DNA of 64,000 bases from a virus (lineage: Duplodnaviria > Caudoviricetes): IMG/VR virus record IMGVR_UViG_2547132424_000002; one strand, written 5' to 3'. Under the pieces are notes generated by a model. The model worked only from the letters and a program-made list of their open reading frames with translations, made no database searches and was not told the origin of the DNA. This document shows positions 26,382 through 36,446 of the stretch, in pieces. Both the position numbers and the translations under genes were made by a program. Position 1 is the first letter of the stretch. Each line of letters begins with the position of its first letter.

Positions 26382-27979
26382 TCCCGGTCGTGCGTCTGGT
26401 GCCCGGTGATCAGTGGGATCAGAACATGCTCGATCTGCTTCTGGCCGATGCGCTGTATCCGCACGGTCTGCAGTTCGAGGCGGCTGAGGTGTGGCCGGAC
26501 GCGCGGGGCATCGTGCTCGTGGTCCCGGGCCGTTACTGGGCGGACCGCACCGATGAACTCACCGCGGCGCTCGCCCGCTACGAATGGGTGCTCGCGATCC
26601 GCACGTCGGACGAGGAAGCCCTGTTCGAGATCGCGAAGGTCGAGCACCCGAACATCCGCTGGTGGGTACAGACGCCGCGTGACCGCCGCGACTACGCCGC
26701 GACCCGCTACTTGCCGCTCGGCTTCCCGAGCCACTTCAACAAGCTACCGCCCGGCAAGCCCAAGCAGGTCGACGTGTTCCTGTCCGGGCAGAACACCCAC
26801 GACCGGCGAGCCCAGTGCTTCGCCGCGCTCGACCGCGTCGATCGCGACAAGATCGTCAACGAGACCGCCGGTTTCACGCAGGGCATGCCGCGCTACGACT
26901 ATGCCGGTCGGATGATCGCGGCCCGGGTCGCGCCGTGCCCGTCCGGTGCGGTCAGCCCCGAATCGTTCCGCGTGTACGAGGCTCTCGAGGCGCACACGAT
27001 GCCGATCGCCGACGACGTCTCCCCCGTGTACTCGTCGCACGGCTACTGGACCGCGCTGTTCCCCGATGTGCCGTTCCCGACGATCACCAACTACGCGAGC
27101 CTGCCGGGCTACATCGACGACGTGCTCGCCGACTATCCGCGCATCGCGAACCGGATCACTGCCTGGTGGATCGGTCAGAAACGCCGCCTCGGTGAGTGGC
27201 TGATCCGCGATCTCGAAGCCCTCGGCGCCGCGCCCGAACCGCACCGGTCTCCGATCACCGTGCTGGTGTCGTCGAGTCCGATCCCGTCGCACCCGTCGAC
27301 CGAGCTGATCGAGGAAACGATCGAGTCGATCCGGGAACGGCTGCCGGACAGCGAGATCATCCTCATGCTCGACGGCATCCGCCCCGAGCAGGACCACCGG
27401 CGCGCGGCCTACGAGGCGTATATCCAGGCCGTGCTCGAGCTGGCCGATCACCAGTGGCGCAACGTGCTCCCGCTGATCAGCGACGAGCACCAGCACCAAG
27501 GCGGCTGCACCGCCCGCGCCCTCGAGCACGTCCGGACACCGCTGATCCTGTACGTGGAGCACGACACCCCACTCACCGGCGGAATCCCGTTCGATGACCT
27601 CGCCGACGTGGTCCTGGCCGGCGACGCGAACGTGATCCGGTTCCACCACGAAACCCGGATCCTGGACGAACACCGCTACCTGATGCTCGACCAGGAAACG
27701 CAGCTGGTGCGCGGTGTGCCGATGCAGCGCACGATCCAGTGGTCCCAGCGCCCGCACCTCGCCTCCCTGGCCTGGTACCGCGGCTTCCTCGCCCGCTGCT
27801 TCCCGGCCGGTGAGCGCGACTTCATCGAAGACCGCGCGTACGGGCTGCTCGTCAACGACCACGGCCGCGACGGCGACATGGGCTGGCGCGGCTGGCGCAC
27901 CTGGATCTACACGCCCGAGGGCAACGTTCAGCGCAGCTACCACACCGACGGACGAGACGGAGAGCGAAAGTATGGCTGA
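26378..27979 (+). CDS. Two-domain glycosyltransferase (exostosin-like GT-B plus GT-A-like)
   Basis: VFLSGQ, PCPSGAVSPESFRVYEALE, then ILMLDG and LYVEHD. Confidence 0.8.
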   Translation: MIPVVRLVPGDQWDQNMLDLLLADALYPHGLQFEAAEVWPDARGIVLVVPGRYWADRTDELTAALARYEWVLAIRTSDEEALFEIAKVEHPNIRWWVQTPRDRRDYAATRYLPLGFPSHFNKLPPGKPKQVDVFLSGQNTHDRRAQCFAALDRVDRDKIVNETAGFTQGMPRYDYAGRMIAARVAPCPSGAVSPESFRVYEALEAHTMPIADDVSPVYSSHGYWTALFPDVPFPTITNYASLPGYIDDVLADYPRIANRITAWWIGQKRRLGEWLIRDLEALGAAPEPHRSPITVLVSSSPIPSHPSTELIEETIESIRERLPDSEIILMLDGIRPEQDHRRAAYEAYIQAVLELADHQWRNVLPLISDEHQHQGGCTARALEHVRTPLILYVEHDTPLTGGIPFDDLADVVLAGDANVIRFHHETRILDEHRYLMLDQETQLVRGVPMQRTIQWSQRPHLASLAWYRGFLARCFPAGERDFIEDRAYGLLVNDHGRDGDMGWRGWRTWIYTPEGNVQRSYHTDGRDGERKYG

Positions 27980-28220
27980 CCGGCCCATTCCCACGATCGG
28001 GCGCAACGTCCACTTCCAGACCTACGGCACCCCCGGCGGGGAATTCCCGTCGCAGACGTGTGCCGCGATCATCACCCACGTCTACCCCGATGACGAACCC
28101 GATAAGGGCGACATGGTCGATCTGAAGGTGATATACCGCAACGGCGACTCGTACAAGACGTTCGTCAATCGTGCTGACGAGCCCACGCCCGGGTGCTGGA
28201 ACTGGCCGCCCCGCGTCTGA
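27972..28220 (+). CDS. Conserved small phage protein
   Basis: PTIGRNVHF, AAIITHV, WNWPPRV. Confidence 0.75.
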   Translation: MADRPIPTIGRNVHFQTYGTPGGEFPSQTCAAIITHVYPDDEPDKGDMVDLKVIYRNGDSYKTFVNRADEPTPGCWNWPPRV

Positions 28221-28338
28221 TGCTCGCTGGATACGCAAAACCCGGCTCACCAACCGTCCGGATGGCTGCCGGGTCCACTTCCAGGACGCTACGGCGTCCG
28301 GCGCACGCGACCGTAGCACTCGAACCGGAAGGACCTCG

Positions 28339-29373
28339 GTGAGGATCGGTCTGATCGCCCGCGCGGACAACACGGGCCTCGGTGTCCAGACCTACGAATT
28401 CGCGCAGCACATGCGGCCCGCGCGGGTGCTGGTCGTCGACATCAGCCACATGAAACGCAACACCCTGTTCCCGAACCGGTACCCGGGCGCGGACATCGTG
28501 CGCGGCTTCCCCACCGAGCGGCAGTTCGCGCGCTTTCTCGACGATGTCGATGTGGTGTTCACCGCGGAGACACCGTACGGGCCGTGGCTGTACCCGATGG
28601 CCGAGCAGCGGGGCATCCCGACGGTCCAGCAGTACAACTACGAGTTCCTCGATCTCAGCACCGGATCGCCGACTGTGCTGGCCGCCCCCACCTTGTGGCG
28701 CTTCGAGGACGTCGAGCATCCGAACCATCAGCATCTGCCGGTGCCGATCGCCACCGAGCGATTCCCGCGACTGGGCCACATGCCCACCGCGACCCGCTTC
28801 CTTCACGTCGCCGGCCGCCCCGCGGTCCACGACCGCAACGGCACCGCCGATCTACTCGACGCGCTGCGCATGGTCCGCTCCCCGATCGAGGTGACGATCA
28901 CCTGCCAGGACCGCCAGTACGTCGGCGGCCTGCTGTCCTCGCGAGCGATGCCAGCGAACGTGCACCTCACGGTCAAGACGATCGACGTGCAGAACTACTG
29001 GGACCTCTACACCGGCCACGACGTGCTGATCATGCCGCGCCGCTTCGGCGGCCTGTGCCTGCCGGTCAACGAAGCACTCGGCGCCGGAATGCCGGTGATC
29101 ATGCCCGACGTCAGCCCGAACCACACCATGGTGCCCAGCGAATGGCTGGTACCCGCGACCAGCGGCGGCGAGTTCAAGGTCAGGCAGATGGTCGATCTGC
29201 ACACCGTCGACCACCATGCCCTCGCGGACAAGATCGACCAGTTCGCCAGCGACCACGCCTTCTTCCAGCAGTCAGCCGCGACCGCGCTGGCGCTGGCCGA
29301 CGTATACAGCTGGCGCGCCCTGAAGCCCCGCTACGAGCAGCTCCTGAACGCCCTGGTGCCCGCCCCGGCATGA
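28339..29373 (+). CDS. Glycosyltransferase (GT-B, GT4-like)
   Basis: RIGLIARADNTGLG; PRRFGGLCLPVNEALGAGMPVI. Confidence 0.9.
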   Translation: MRIGLIARADNTGLGVQTYEFAQHMRPARVLVVDISHMKRNTLFPNRYPGADIVRGFPTERQFARFLDDVDVVFTAETPYGPWLYPMAEQRGIPTVQQYNYEFLDLSTGSPTVLAAPTLWRFEDVEHPNHQHLPVPIATERFPRLGHMPTATRFLHVAGRPAVHDRNGTADLLDALRMVRSPIEVTITCQDRQYVGGLLSSRAMPANVHLTVKTIDVQNYWDLYTGHDVLIMPRRFGGLCLPVNEALGAGMPVIMPDVSPNHTMVPSEWLVPATSGGEFKVRQMVDLHTVDHHALADKIDQFASDHAFFQQSAATALALADVYSWRALKPRYEQLLNALVPAPA

Positions 29374-30005
29374 CCAGCCTGTCGTGCGCCGTCGTCGCAC
29401 ACACTGACCGCCTCGGCGCCGCCACCGACCTCGCCGCACTCGCTGACGCCCAGATCAGCATTGACGATGGCACGCTCGGCGCCGAAACCAATCACCTACG
29501 TGCATGGGCGATGACCCGCAACCATCCGTCTGATTGGGCGCTGGTCCTCGAGGACGACGCCCGACCGGTACCTGGCTTCACCGAGCAGGTCCACGCCGCG
29601 CTGCGGAAAGCGCCGGCGGCGATCGTGTCGTTGTACCTCGGCCGCACCCGGCCGCGCACATGGCAGCACCGCATCGCCCAAGCCCTCGACCAAGCCGACA
29701 TGCTCGACGCCCACTGGATCACCACCCACCATCTGCTCCACGGCGTCGCGGTCGCCATGCGCACCGAATTGCGCGACGACTGGATTCAGTGGGCCGCAAG
29801 CAGTGAGCTCCCGATCGATGAGCGGTTCGGCGCATGGGCCCGTGAACGCGGCCACCCGATCGCCTACGCTGTCCCGTCGCTGGTCGAGCACGCGGATTGG
29901 CCGACACTTATCCGCCACCGTGACGGCCAACCGCGGGACCAAGGCCGGATCGCGTGGCGCACTGGCACCCGAGACATCTGGACCAGCAGATCCGTATTCA
30001 TTTGA
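29370..30005 (+). CDS. Glycosyltransferase (GT-A, GT25-like, mycobacteriophage type)
   Basis: LVLEDDA, SLYLG, LPIDE, PSLVEHAD. Confidence 0.82.
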   Translation: MTSLSCAVVAHTDRLGAATDLAALADAQISIDDGTLGAETNHLRAWAMTRNHPSDWALVLEDDARPVPGFTEQVHAALRKAPAAIVSLYLGRTRPRTWQHRIAQALDQADMLDAHWITTHHLLHGVAVAMRTELRDDWIQWAASSELPIDERFGAWARERGHPIAYAVPSLVEHADWPTLIRHRDGQPRDQGRIAWRTGTRDIWTSRSVFI

Positions 30006-30042
30006 CGAATCCTCAGCGATCCCGGGAGGAGGTGGACGCCTG

Positions 30043-30318
30043 ATGGTCGCAGGGCAGGAAGCATCGCCCGGTGACGCTCGCAGCACCGAGCGCCTCATGA
30101 AGTACTGGGCCGAGGGCGCGGGGGCGGTCAAGATCCAGTGGGGCACGCCGGGCGACTGGTATCGCTGCGTTGCCGAACTTGGCAAGTACGTGCCCGACAG
30201 TCAGGTCAAGGGCCTGTGCGAGAACCTGCACGAGCGGGCGACCGGGATGACGACCGCCGAGCATACGAAGCTGATCAACGCCAAGGCGCACAAGCATGGG
30301 AGCCACGGCGATGCATAG
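30043..30318 (+). CDS. Small conserved actinophage protein
   Basis: YWAEGAGAVKIQWGTPGDWYRC...CENLH. Confidence 0.75.
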   Translation: MVAGQEASPGDARSTERLMKYWAEGAGAVKIQWGTPGDWYRCVAELGKYVPDSQVKGLCENLHERATGMTTAEHTKLINAKAHKHGSHGDA

Positions 30319-30538
30319 CCCGATCGCACGGTGGACGGCCAGGCGCCGCTTCCGCCGGCACTGCCCGCACTCTCGGCTCGTGGCGATCATCGGTGACGAG
30401 ATCCTGCGGACGCGCGCGTGCTGGCGGCTGCGCTGCCGGGACTGCGGTCAGTTCGTTGACGGGCCGCCCGCGCTGGCCGATACGCGCGGCCGCGCCGAGG
30501 GCGCGCTGATGACTGCGGCTCGGCGGCTCGGCCGTTGA
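30311..30538 (+). CDS. Small zinc-binding hypothetical protein
   Basis: CPH...CRDCG; coupled. Confidence 0.55.
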   Translation: MHSPIARWTARRRFRRHCPHSRLVAIIGDEILRTRACWRLRCRDCGQFVDGPPALADTRGRAEGALMTAARRLGR

Positions 30539-30696
30539 GCGCGGGGAAGAACCGCGGCCTGGTGTTCGAAGCGCTGCTGGACTGCGTCGACGAGGACGTG
30601 CCGGTGAGCGACGAGACGATCCGCGACTGGAGTCGCTACGTCGTCGAGTACCTGGATCGCAGGGGCCACGCGATCCGACCGAAGCCGGACCGCTGA
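30535..30696 (+). CDS. Small hypothetical protein
   Basis: TTG start; overlaps on both sides. Confidence 0.45.
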   Translation: MSAGKNRGLVFEALLDCVDEDVPVSDETIRDWSRYVVEYLDRRGHAIRPKPDR

Positions 30697-31109
30697 TGCC
30701 GCGCGCGCCGCGCAAGTGCCCGGCTGAGGGCTGCGAGACGCGCATCACCGGCCGTGCCTACTGCCCGGAGCACACCGAGGTGTGGGCGGGCAGTACCCGC
30801 GGGGCGGACGACGCGGAGTGGAGGCGCGTGCGGCTGCGCGTGCTCGACCGCGACGACGGCCGCTGCTGGATGTGCCGCGGCGACGGAGCCGACACCGTCG
30901 ACCACCTGACTCCGAAAGCCGCAGGTGGGAGCGACGGCCTGGACAACCTCGCCGCGATCCACGATCGCGCCTGGCCGCACTGCCACCGCGCCAAAACCGC
31001 CCTGGACCGCCTCGCGATGGCCCGCCGATGGCCCCCGGACCGGTACCGGTCCGCCATCGGAAAACTGTGCTCTGACCTGCGGAAACGCCGCGAAATCGGT
31101 CCTCGCTGA
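30696..31109 (+). CDS. HNH endonuclease (packaging-associated)
   Basis: VLDRDDGRCWMC, VDHLTP, NLAAIH...CHRAKT. Confidence 0.92.
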   Translation: MPRAPRKCPAEGCETRITGRAYCPEHTEVWAGSTRGADDAEWRRVRLRVLDRDDGRCWMCRGDGADTVDHLTPKAAGGSDGLDNLAAIHDRAWPHCHRAKTALDRLAMARRWPPDRYRSAIGKLCSDLRKRREIGPR

Positions 31110-31260
31110 CGGGTGGGGGGACCCCCTGCCCCGGCCGTCAGCCGCCGGAGACAGGTGCTGCAGATGAGGAGCCGTACGGTTCCCCCAATTTCAGATCGTT
31201 GCAGGTCAGAGGCTTGCGGCGGGGTGCGGGCGCGGCGGACGCCGCGCGCCCCCTCGGACT
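31110..31260. other. Putative cos/packaging-initiation region
   Basis: Intergenic region between HNH and terminase genes with a GGGGGG-ACCCCC tract; positional inference only. Confidence 0.35.
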
Positions 31261-31320
31261 GTCGAAGCAAATGTGCTGGTAGGCGAGAAGTAACGTCACA
31301 CTTCCGGTAGAGTCGGTGGT

Positions 31321-31890
31321 GTGAGTCGAGTGGACACCGAGTGCCAGCAGTGTGGCGAGAAGCTGGATATCCAGCGCTCGTGCCGCCCTGCGCGGTACTG
31401 CTCGGGCCGCTGCCGCACCGCCGCCTACCGGGCGCGCAAAGTGCGCGTCCCGAAGGAACTCCGCACCCAGAAGCGCTGGGTGCGCTGGACCCGTGGCAAG
31501 CGCCCGATCCAGCCCGACGGCAGCCCCGCCTCGACCGGCGTCCCCGGCACCTGGACCTCCTACGCCCGGGTGCGTGAGCACACCCAGATCGGCTATGTGC
31601 TCGGCGACGGGGTCGGCTGCATCGACCTCGACCACTGCCTGACCAGCGACGGAAAGCTCACTGCCGCAGCGGAGCGGTTCCTCGAGCAGATGCCGTCGAC
31701 GTGGATCGAAGTCTCGCCGTCCGGCGATGGCCTGCACATCTGGGGTCGCCTGCCCGAATCCGTGGGCAGGCGAATCGTCCAGGACGACGGCCTGCACGTG
31801 GAGACCTACTCCCGCGGCCGCTACATCACGGTCACCGGCAAGCGCTTCCGCAACGCGCCGTGCCGCCTGGCCGCTCTCCCGGTTCCCTGA
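31321..31890 (+). CDS. AEP-type primase/polymerase-like protein with N-terminal zinc finger
   Basis: CQQC/CSGRC; CIDLDHC, EVSPSGDGLHIW, ETYSRGRYITVTG. Confidence 0.85.
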   Translation: MSRVDTECQQCGEKLDIQRSCRPARYCSGRCRTAAYRARKVRVPKELRTQKRWVRWTRGKRPIQPDGSPASTGVPGTWTSYARVREHTQIGYVLGDGVGCIDLDHCLTSDGKLTAAAERFLEQMPSTWIEVSPSGDGLHIWGRLPESVGRRIVQDDGLHVETYSRGRYITVTGKRFRNAPCRLAALPVP

Positions 31891-31974
31891 CCCTGCTGGT
31901 CGGCCGCGAAGGGCGTGCCGACCATCCCCCGAAACGGGTGGGTGGCTCTCCATCTCCCGAAACGGGGTCCCGCC

Positions 31975-32421
31975 ATGCCGCAACGCAAAAAGCACCCGGG
32001 CACTCGCGCCCGCAGAAACACCGCCTCCACCGCAGCAGTCCTCGCCGGCGACGGTCCGGACGCTGTGATCCGGCCCGACCTGCCCGACCGCGACGGGGGC
32101 TGGCACGCCCAGACCGTGGCCTGGTGGGACGACATGTGGGCATCGCCGATGGCCGGCGAGTACATCGACGCGGACAAGCACGCGCTCTACATGCTCGCGG
32201 TGCTGATCGACGATTTCTGGCTCGAGCCCAGCCAGAAGCTCGCCGCGGAGATCCGGCTACAGCGCGCCGCGTTCGGCCTCACCCCGTACGACCGGCGGCG
32301 CCTCGAGTGGACGATCGAAACCACCGAGGAGGCCAAGGAACGCGGCGATCGTCGACGGCAGAACGCGGGCGTGCAACAGCCACCCGAAGCCGCCGACCCG
32401 CGCCTAGCCCTCGTGAAGTAG
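31975..32421 (+). CDS. terS: Terminase small subunit
   Basis: WHAQTVAWWDDMWASPMA, AEIRLQRAAFGLTPYDRRRLEW; directly upstream of TerL. Confidence 0.88.
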   Translation: MPQRKKHPGTRARRNTASTAAVLAGDGPDAVIRPDLPDRDGGWHAQTVAWWDDMWASPMAGEYIDADKHALYMLAVLIDDFWLEPSQKLAAEIRLQRAAFGLTPYDRRRLEWTIETTEEAKERGDRRRQNAGVQQPPEAADPRLALVK

Positions 32422-32428
32422 ACCGCCG

Positions 32429-34075
32429 GTGGCGGTCCTCATCGTTCCGCCTCTCGATCTGACCTACCCGACACTCGGGCCCGACCTCGCCGATTTCATC
32501 GAGGAACGGATGGTGTTCGGTCCTGGGTCGCTGGCGGGCGAACCGGCGGTCCTCGACGCCGAGAAGCGCGCCGCGCTGTACCGGCTGTATGAGATCTATC
32601 CGCAGGGCCATCCGCTGCAGGGGCGGCGCCGCTTCAACCAGGGCGCGATCGAGTGGCGCAAGGGCATGGCCAAGACGGAGTTCGCGGCGTGGGTGTGCGG
32701 GCTGGAGCTCCACCCCGAAGCGCCGGTCCGCTGCGACGGCTTCAACGCCGCCGGCGAACCGGTCGGGCGCCCGGTGAAATTCCCGTACATCCCGATGATG
32801 GCGGTCACCGAGGAACAGGTGAGCGAGCTCGCCTACGGCGTGCTCTGCTACGTCCTCGAGCACAGCCCCGACGCGGACCTGTTCGACATCGGCGCCGACC
32901 GGATCATCCGTCTCGGCCGCAACGGCGCCCCGGAGGGCCGCGCGGTGCCGGTGTCGAACGCGCCGGGTAGCCGAGACGGTGCGCTCACGACCTTCCAGCA
33001 CTTCGACGAGCCGCACCGGCTGTACCTGCCGTCGCAGGTCGGCGCGCACGAAACGATGATGCAGAACCTGTCGAAGCGGGCGCTGGAAGATCCGTGGAGC
33101 TTCTACACCTCCACCGCGGGCAAGCCCGGACAGAAGAGCATCCAGGAGAGCCTGCGCACGGGCGCCGAACGCATCGAGCGCGGCGAGGTCGAGAAGCCGA
33201 AGATGTTCTTCTTCGGCCGCTGGGCCGGACCAGAGCACGACGATCTCAGCACCGTCGAGAAACGCGTCGCGGCAATTGCGGAGGCAACCGGCCCGGCCGG
33301 TGAATACGGCCCCGGGCAGTTCCAGTCGATCGCCGAGGACTACGACCGCGAAGGCTGTGACCGGGCCTACTGGGAGCGGGTCTACCTCAACCGCTGGCGT
33401 GCCGGCGGAAACCAGGCCTTCAACCTCCCCAAGATCCGCGCCAACCTCGTCCGGGCCGCCGGAACTGTCATCCCGCCGGGCGCCTTCGTCGTCGGCGGGT
33501 TCGACGGCGCGCGGATGCGGGACTCGACCGGCCTGGTGCTCACCGACATCCAGACCGGTCTGCAGCAGTGCGTGGCCCACTGGCAGCGCCCCGAGGGCGT
33601 CGAGGAATGGGAGGTCGACGAGGCCGAGGTGACCGCAGCGTTCGAGGACGTCATGGACCGCTACGAGGTCTGGAAGGTCTACGCCGATCCGCCGCATTGG
33701 ACCGCGACGCTCGGCGACTTCTCGGTGCGCTGGCCGGAACGGATCGAAGAGTGGTGGACCCACCGGCAGAAGCCCATGGCCTACGCGCTGCGCGAGTACA
33801 TCGAGGGCCAGGACGCCGGTCTCGTCTCCTACGGCGGCACCCCGAAGCAGATCGACGTCATGATCGACCACCTCGGCAACGCCGAACGCAAGGAACTCCG
33901 GCTCTACGACGACCAGGGATTTCCGCTGTACATCCTGCAGAAACCCGAAGGCCGCCAGGACTGCAAGATCGACCTCTCCGTCTGCGGCGTCCTGTCCTGG
34001 AAAGCCTGCCTCGACGCCCGCAAAGCGGGTGCGAAACCCCGCCCGAAAGCCCGCGCCCCGAGGCGCCTGTATTGA
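32429..34075 (+). CDS. terL: Terminase large subunit
   Basis: Walker A-like RKGMAKTE, Walker B FQHFDE, nuclease GFDG and KID. Confidence 0.95.
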   Translation: MAVLIVPPLDLTYPTLGPDLADFIEERMVFGPGSLAGEPAVLDAEKRAALYRLYEIYPQGHPLQGRRRFNQGAIEWRKGMAKTEFAAWVCGLELHPEAPVRCDGFNAAGEPVGRPVKFPYIPMMAVTEEQVSELAYGVLCYVLEHSPDADLFDIGADRIIRLGRNGAPEGRAVPVSNAPGSRDGALTTFQHFDEPHRLYLPSQVGAHETMMQNLSKRALEDPWSFYTSTAGKPGQKSIQESLRTGAERIERGEVEKPKMFFFGRWAGPEHDDLSTVEKRVAAIAEATGPAGEYGPGQFQSIAEDYDREGCDRAYWERVYLNRWRAGGNQAFNLPKIRANLVRAAGTVIPPGAFVVGGFDGARMRDSTGLVLTDIQTGLQQCVAHWQRPEGVEEWEVDEAEVTAAFEDVMDRYEVWKVYADPPHWTATLGDFSVRWPERIEEWWTHRQKPMAYALREYIEGQDAGLVSYGGTPKQIDVMIDHLGNAERKELRLYDDQGFPLYILQKPEGRQDCKIDLSVCGVLSWKACLDARKAGAKPRPKARAPRRLY

Positions 34076-34093
34076 GCGTGAGGAGGGAGCTCG

Positions 34094-35515
34094 ATGCTCA
34101 ACAGCCCCGACCGGACACCGGCCGAATGGCTCCCGATCCTGACCCGTCGCCTCGATCTCGATATGTCGCGGATGCGGCTGCTCGAGCGGTACCTCGAAGG
34201 TGATGCACCACTCCCGGAGGCCGCGCGTAGCCAGCGCGCCTCCTGGCAGAAGTTCCAGGCCGAAGCGCGGACCAACTGGGCAGAGCTGATCGTCGAATCG
34301 AGTGGCGACCGCATCGTCCCGAACGGCATCGAGGTTGCGGGCAGCACCGACAGTCCGGAAGCGAAACGGGCACAACGGATCTGGCTGAACAACCGGATGG
34401 ATCTCGTGTTCGGGTCCGCGGTCCGCGACATGCTCGCCTACGGCGAGGGCATCCTCACCGGCTGGTTCGACCCGGACGGTCGTAAGGCGGTCATCACTGC
34501 GGCGAGCCCGCTGACGACGGTCGCCGCGACCGATCCGCAGCAGCCGTGGCGAGTGCGCGCGGCGTTCAAGTGGTGGCGCGATCTCGACCTGGCGCAGGAC
34601 GGGGCGATCGTCTGGATTCACGGCGGCTACCAGCTGTTCTCACGCCCTTGCTACACCGACCAGCAGACCAAGCGCCGCAGGCTCTACACCACGGCCTCCG
34701 GTGGCTGGCGTGAGAACGGTGACGCGGTGATCACGGGCAAGGAACCGCCCGTGGTGTTGCTCCAGAATCCTCGCGGATTCGGCGAGTACGAAACCCATTT
34801 GGACCTGATCAACCGAATCAATCGGGGCATCCTGCACCGGCTGCATATCTCAGCGATGCAGGCATACAAGCAGCGAGCGCTCAAGACGGCCGAGGGCAGC
34901 GAGGGCCTGCCGGACAAGGACGATAAGGGCAACGACATCGACTACGCGAAGCTTTTCGAGCCCGCGCCGGGTGCGCTGTGGGATCTGCCTCCGGGGATCG
35001 ACATCTGGGAGTCCGCGGCGACCGATATCCGGCCGCTGCTCGAAGGATCCATGCAGGACATCCGGCAGCTGGCCGGTGTCACCCGCACTCCGGTGTCGGT
35101 GCTGATCCCGGATTCGGCGAACCAGGCGGCCGCGGGCGCGGCGCTGACCAAAGAGGGCCTGATCACCAAGTGCGGCAAGCTCGTCACCGTCTCCGCGACG
35201 GCAGCGGCCGCGATTCTGGTGAAGGCCCTCGATATCGAAGGTGTCGCCCTGGGCGACGAGCAGCCGCTGACTGTGCTGTTCAAACCGCCGGACCAGGTAT
35301 CGCTCACCGAGAAGTACGCGGCCGCGCTGCAGGCCCGCAATGCAGGAGAGTCGTGGGCGTCGATCGCGCGCAACATCCTCGGCTACTCGCCGGAGCAGAT
35401 CGCGCAGGATGCCTTGGACCGTGCGCAGGAACAGCTCGCGCAGGCGCTGTACGCGCCCGCGCCGCCGCCCAACCCGCAGCCGATCGCGGCCGGAAATGGC
35501 GTCCCCGCAGTCTGA
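34094..35515 (+). CDS. Portal protein (SPP1 gp6-like)
   Basis: RTNWAELIV, DRIVPNG, DLINRINR; follows TerL. Confidence 0.93.
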   Translation: MLNSPDRTPAEWLPILTRRLDLDMSRMRLLERYLEGDAPLPEAARSQRASWQKFQAEARTNWAELIVESSGDRIVPNGIEVAGSTDSPEAKRAQRIWLNNRMDLVFGSAVRDMLAYGEGILTGWFDPDGRKAVITAASPLTTVAATDPQQPWRVRAAFKWWRDLDLAQDGAIVWIHGGYQLFSRPCYTDQQTKRRRLYTTASGGWRENGDAVITGKEPPVVLLQNPRGFGEYETHLDLINRINRGILHRLHISAMQAYKQRALKTAEGSEGLPDKDDKGNDIDYAKLFEPAPGALWDLPPGIDIWESAATDIRPLLEGSMQDIRQLAGVTRTPVSVLIPDSANQAAAGAALTKEGLITKCGKLVTVSATAAAAILVKALDIEGVALGDEQPLTVLFKPPDQVSLTEKYAAALQARNAGESWASIARNILGYSPEQIAQDALDRAQEQLAQALYAPAPPPNPQPIAAGNGVPAV

Positions 35516-36446
35516 TCCGGCCACGGCCTACAGCGACACCACGACACGCACCCGGGCGCAGCTACTCGCCTACGCGGTTGCGGCGTGGGCGGCGATGCCC
35601 GACTACCGCGACACCAACATGGCTGCGTTCATCTCGGCGCTGGTGCCGCGGGTGCGCGCCGGGCAGCTCGCGGTTGCGAACCTGACCTCGGTGCGGATGG
35701 CGCAACTCGCGTCCGGGCCCGCGCACGCACGGCAGCTCTCGCCCGCCCACCAGGTTTCGATCGTGCCGGCGCCTGTGTCGGGGAGCGAGCCCACTGCCGG
35801 GCAGCCGGGCCAGTTCATGGCGGCGCCGGGGCAGTCCGCGACGCCGCGGCTGGTGCACTCGGTGCCGCGGCTGGTGCGCCCGGCCGGGCAGGTGCATCCG
35901 GTGCTGGTGGATCCGACGCTCGTCCAGGGCGGTCGGGGGGTGCCCGCTGAGCAGGTCTATCGGCGTCCGGCGGTGGAGGTGTACACCGCGCTGTCGAAAG
36001 ACGTCGCGCTCGAGGAGGCGGTGCAGCGGGGGCAGACCCGGCTGGAATCGCTGATCGCGACGGATCTGCAAATGGCCAAGGTGCGCCAGGCCGACGCCAG
36101 CCTGAAAGCGTCCGGAAAGAAATACTTCCGGCGCGTGCTCAAGGGCGAGCACAACTGCGCGCTGTGCATCATCGCGTCCACCCAGCGGTACCGCGTCGGC
36201 GAACTCATGCCTATCCATCCCGGCTGTGACTGCGAAGTCGAACCCTTGGACGACCCGCACACGCCCCTGATCCTTGACCGGGAATTGCTCGAAGCCACAC
36301 ACCAGATGGTCAAGGAATTCGGCGCTGACAGCAATCGGTCCGCTAAGGGATATCGGGATCTGATCGTCACCCACGAGCACGGCGAAATAGGGCCGGTTAT
36401 GGCGTGGCGGAAACAGAAATTCGCTGGACCGGCCAGCGTCCACTGA
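35496..36446 (+). CDS. Head morphogenesis / capsid maturation protein (MuF-like)
   Basis: RRVLKGEHNCALCIIAST...PIHPGCDC; between portal and scaffold. Confidence 0.85.
   Translation: MASPQSDPATAYSDTTTRTRAQLLAYAVAAWAAMPDYRDTNMAAFISALVPRVRAGQLAVANLTSVRMAQLASGPAHARQLSPAHQVSIVPAPVSGSEPTAGQPGQFMAAPGQSATPRLVHSVPRLVRPAGQVHPVLVDPTLVQGGRGVPAEQVYRRPAVEVYTALSKDVALEEAVQRGQTRLESLIATDLQMAKVRQADASLKASGKKYFRRVLKGEHNCALCIIASTQRYRVGELMPIHPGCDCEVEPLDDPHTPLILDRELLEATHQMVKEFGADSNRSAKGYRDLIVTHEHGEIGPVMAWRKQKFAGPASVH

Noticed and set aside
24044-30005. DNA hypermodification (base glycosylation) cluster
   Set aside because: No hydroxymethylase, TET/JBP or nucleotide kinase partners seen; the families and position fit protein or surface glycans better. 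Not excluded experimentally.
30696-31109. Mobile homing endonuclease or intron
   Set aside because: Small HNH in the canonical pre-terminase position, with no interrupted host gene.
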